Source: Burkholderiales bacterium
GTDB taxonomy: Bacteria > Pseudomonadota > Gammaproteobacteria > Burkholderiales > Methylophilaceae
Length of the DNA: 64,000 bases
Reading direction: 5' to 3'
NCBI GenBank assembly: GCA_030831475.1
Contig: JAURKY010000008.1
Location: 110,829 to 174,828, forward strand
The notes beneath the pieces were generated by a model. The model saw only the letters and a program-made list of their open reading frames with translations, ran no database searches and was not told the DNA's origin. The position numbers and the translations under genes are program-made. The number at the start of each line of letters is the position of its first letter. The first letter of the stretch is position 1. Shown here one piece after another: positions 62,298-64,000 of the stretch.

Positions 62298-63142
62298 CGA
62301 ATAATTCTAATATTCATAATCGTCGCCAAGACAATAAAAAACTTTCTTAGGGGTGGAAGTAGAGTTTTTATGTTGAGAATATTTTCCGGTTGGTTATTAC
62401 GAATTTCATGTAAAAGGCAATAATAGATATTCGCCATGACTATGCCTGGTTTTTGTTGCCTCTTATCTTCAAGCGGTAAATGATCAAAGGCTAATTTATA
62501 AAAATGTAAAGCCTGAGCAAATAAATGGTCAACCAATTCTTTCATTTTGTATGTTTTTTTATAGGACAAGAGCTCATTTTCAGTAATATTAAACTTTTTT
62601 AAAATATCCAAAGGAACATAAATGCGACCCATACGGGCATCCTCGCCTAGATCCCTGAGAATATTTGTTAATTGAAGGGCAATGCCTAAGTTGTGAGCGT
62701 ATTTAATCGTTTTATTATTTTCAAAACCAAAAATTTTTGCTGATAAAATGCCAACAACAGATGCGACCCGATAGCAGTAAAGCTGTAATTCCTTAAAACT
62801 ATCATAACGATTAAAATTTAAATCCATCTCCATACCATCAATGATCTCCAAAAAATATTCTTTATTAAGATTAAAAGTATCAATGTGAGGAAGTAAGGCA
62901 TTTGTTACAGGGTGCTGAGGGTTATGGTTGTAAAGCCTTTCGATTTCAGCCTTCCACCAATCAAGTTTTGCTTTTCCGATTTCATATTCTTTGCATTCAT
63001 CTGCTACATCATCAACTTCTCTGCAAAATGCATAGAGCGCATTAATAGCTAATCTCTTATTCGATGATAAAAGTAAAAAACTTACCGTAAAGTTTGAATG
63101 ACTTGCTTTTACTTTCTCTAAACAGTATTGGTCATAATTCAT
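62294..63142 (-). CDS. hpnD: Presqualene diphosphate synthase HpnD (squalene/phytoene synthase family)
   Basis: LYAFCREVDDVAD, YCYRVASVVG, QLTNILRDLGED, GRIYVP. Start MNYDQYC at 63142 preferred. Confidence 0.85.
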   Translation of the reverse strand: MNYDQYCLEKVKASHSNFTVSFLLLSSNKRLAINALYAFCREVDDVADECKEYEIGKAKLDWWKAEIERLYNHNPQHPVTNALLPHIDTFNLNKEYFLEIIDGMEMDLNFNRYDSFKELQLYCYRVASVVGILSAKIFGFENNKTIKYAHNLGIALQLTNILRDLGEDARMGRIYVPLDILKKFNITENELLSYKKTYKMKELVDHLFAQALHFYKLAFDHLPLEDKRQQKPGIVMANIYYCLLHEIRNNQPENILNIKTLLPPLRKFFIVLATIMNIRIIR

Positions 63143-63974
63143 ATGATAATAATGCCCTGATTCCCAAGAGGCTCCAATCCAACTTTGAAAGGCGTGGCGC
63201 ATTGATAAAAAGATTGTGTTTGTAACTTAATTTTTTGATGAGCAGATCACAAGCCAGGAGTAATAATTTAATTTGGAATTTGAATCGTCCATCTAAGTTT
63301 TTGATTAATGGTTTTCCTTTGTTTAAATAATTTTTAATTAATTCTAGCCATTCAATTTTGAATAACTCCCAATGATTATTAAAATTATGATATTTAATAT
63401 CTTCTTCTTTTAAATTAAATTTTTTAAAATAATTTACAGGGATGTATACCCTGCCTTTTTTATAATCTTTTTGAATATCTTGCACCATTCCAATCATAGC
63501 TAGTGCAATGCAGATATTGTTTGATAGAGATATATTTCTTTTTGTATTTTTATTAAAAATTGTTAAGACCATTTCACCAGCTGGACATGCCAAAAGATGA
63601 CAATATTGAATAATTTCATCAAAACTTTTATAACGAGTTTTAGATAAATCTTGATAAAATCCTCTCATAAAATTTTTAAATAAATTAATATTTAAATTGT
63701 ATTTAATTGACACTTGCTGAAGATTAATAAAAAGTTTTGGTTTATCATTTTTAGTAAATAACTCTTTAATATTTTTTTGATATTCATCAAGTATTTTTTT
63801 TCTTTGATAAACTTTAAAATTTTCATTATCAGCAATATCATCACATTCTCGAGCAAACTGATAAAGTATTAAAATATCATTCCTCTCATTCTTTCTGAGA
63901 AATAGGGTGGCTACAGGAAAATTTTCATGATAACTTTTTTCTGTAAGTGATTTTTTGAGCATTGTATAATTCAT
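63132..63974 (-). CDS. hpnC: HpnC hydroxysqualene synthase-like protein, divergent (start may be 63962)
   Basis: HENFPVA, YQFARECDDIAD, GRVYIP; directly upstream of hpnD. Confidence 0.75.
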   Translation of the reverse strand: MNYTMLKKSLTEKSYHENFPVATLFLRKNERNDILILYQFARECDDIADNENFKVYQRKKILDEYQKNIKELFTKNDKPKLFINLQQVSIKYNLNINLFKNFMRGFYQDLSKTRYKSFDEIIQYCHLLACPAGEMVLTIFNKNTKRNISLSNNICIALAMIGMVQDIQKDYKKGRVYIPVNYFKKFNLKEEDIKYHNFNNHWELFKIEWLELIKNYLNKGKPLIKNLDGRFKFQIKLLLLACDLLIKKLSYKHNLFINAPRLSKLDWSLLGIRALLSYEL

Positions 63975-64000
63975 AGCATCACAAGTATGACATAGGTAAT

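Noticed and set aside
1-64000. CRISPR arrays, IS elements, prophage, integrases, tRNA/rRNA
   Set aside because: No spaced repeats, transposase or integrase ORFs, or structural RNA genes were seen; nearly all sequence is accounted for by CDSs.

Overview
A gene-dense, AT-rich, mostly core-genome window from a streamlined methylotrophic betaproteobacterium. Gene content (pqqBCDE, fhs, a MoxY-like sensor kinase, betaproteobacterial gene order, tiny spacers) suggests Methylophilaceae/OM43-like; this is inference, not a database match. In order it holds: a truncated yhdP; a PAS histidine kinase plus NarL-type regulator; an EamA transporter; a short Urate_ox_N-like protein; argDFG-yajQ-leuCDB-asd-fimV-ecfT-like-truA-trpFBA-accD-folC-dedD-cvpA-purF; a SAM-II riboswitch before metZ; gyrA-serC-pheA-hisC-aroF; pqqBCDE without pqqA; an assimilatory sulfate-reduction cluster with cysB; fhs, metY, rmuC and a small accessory block; aspC, a TPR protease, uvrB, rpsF-priB-rpsR-rplI, dnaB, alr, radA and hpnD/hpnC. 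I saw no tRNA, rRNA, CRISPR or mobile element. The most notable items are absent from the ORF track: (1) a stand-alone 48-aa secreted, extremely acidic micro-protein (52220-52366, minus strand) with its own RBS, terminator and palindrome-rich upstream region, a candidate periplasmic metal/lanthanide-binding peptide; (2) a 32-aa membrane micro-ORF coupled to the Urate_ox_N gene; (3) a SAM-II aptamer wired to an intrinsic terminator; (4) a perfect palindrome over the pqqB promoter.
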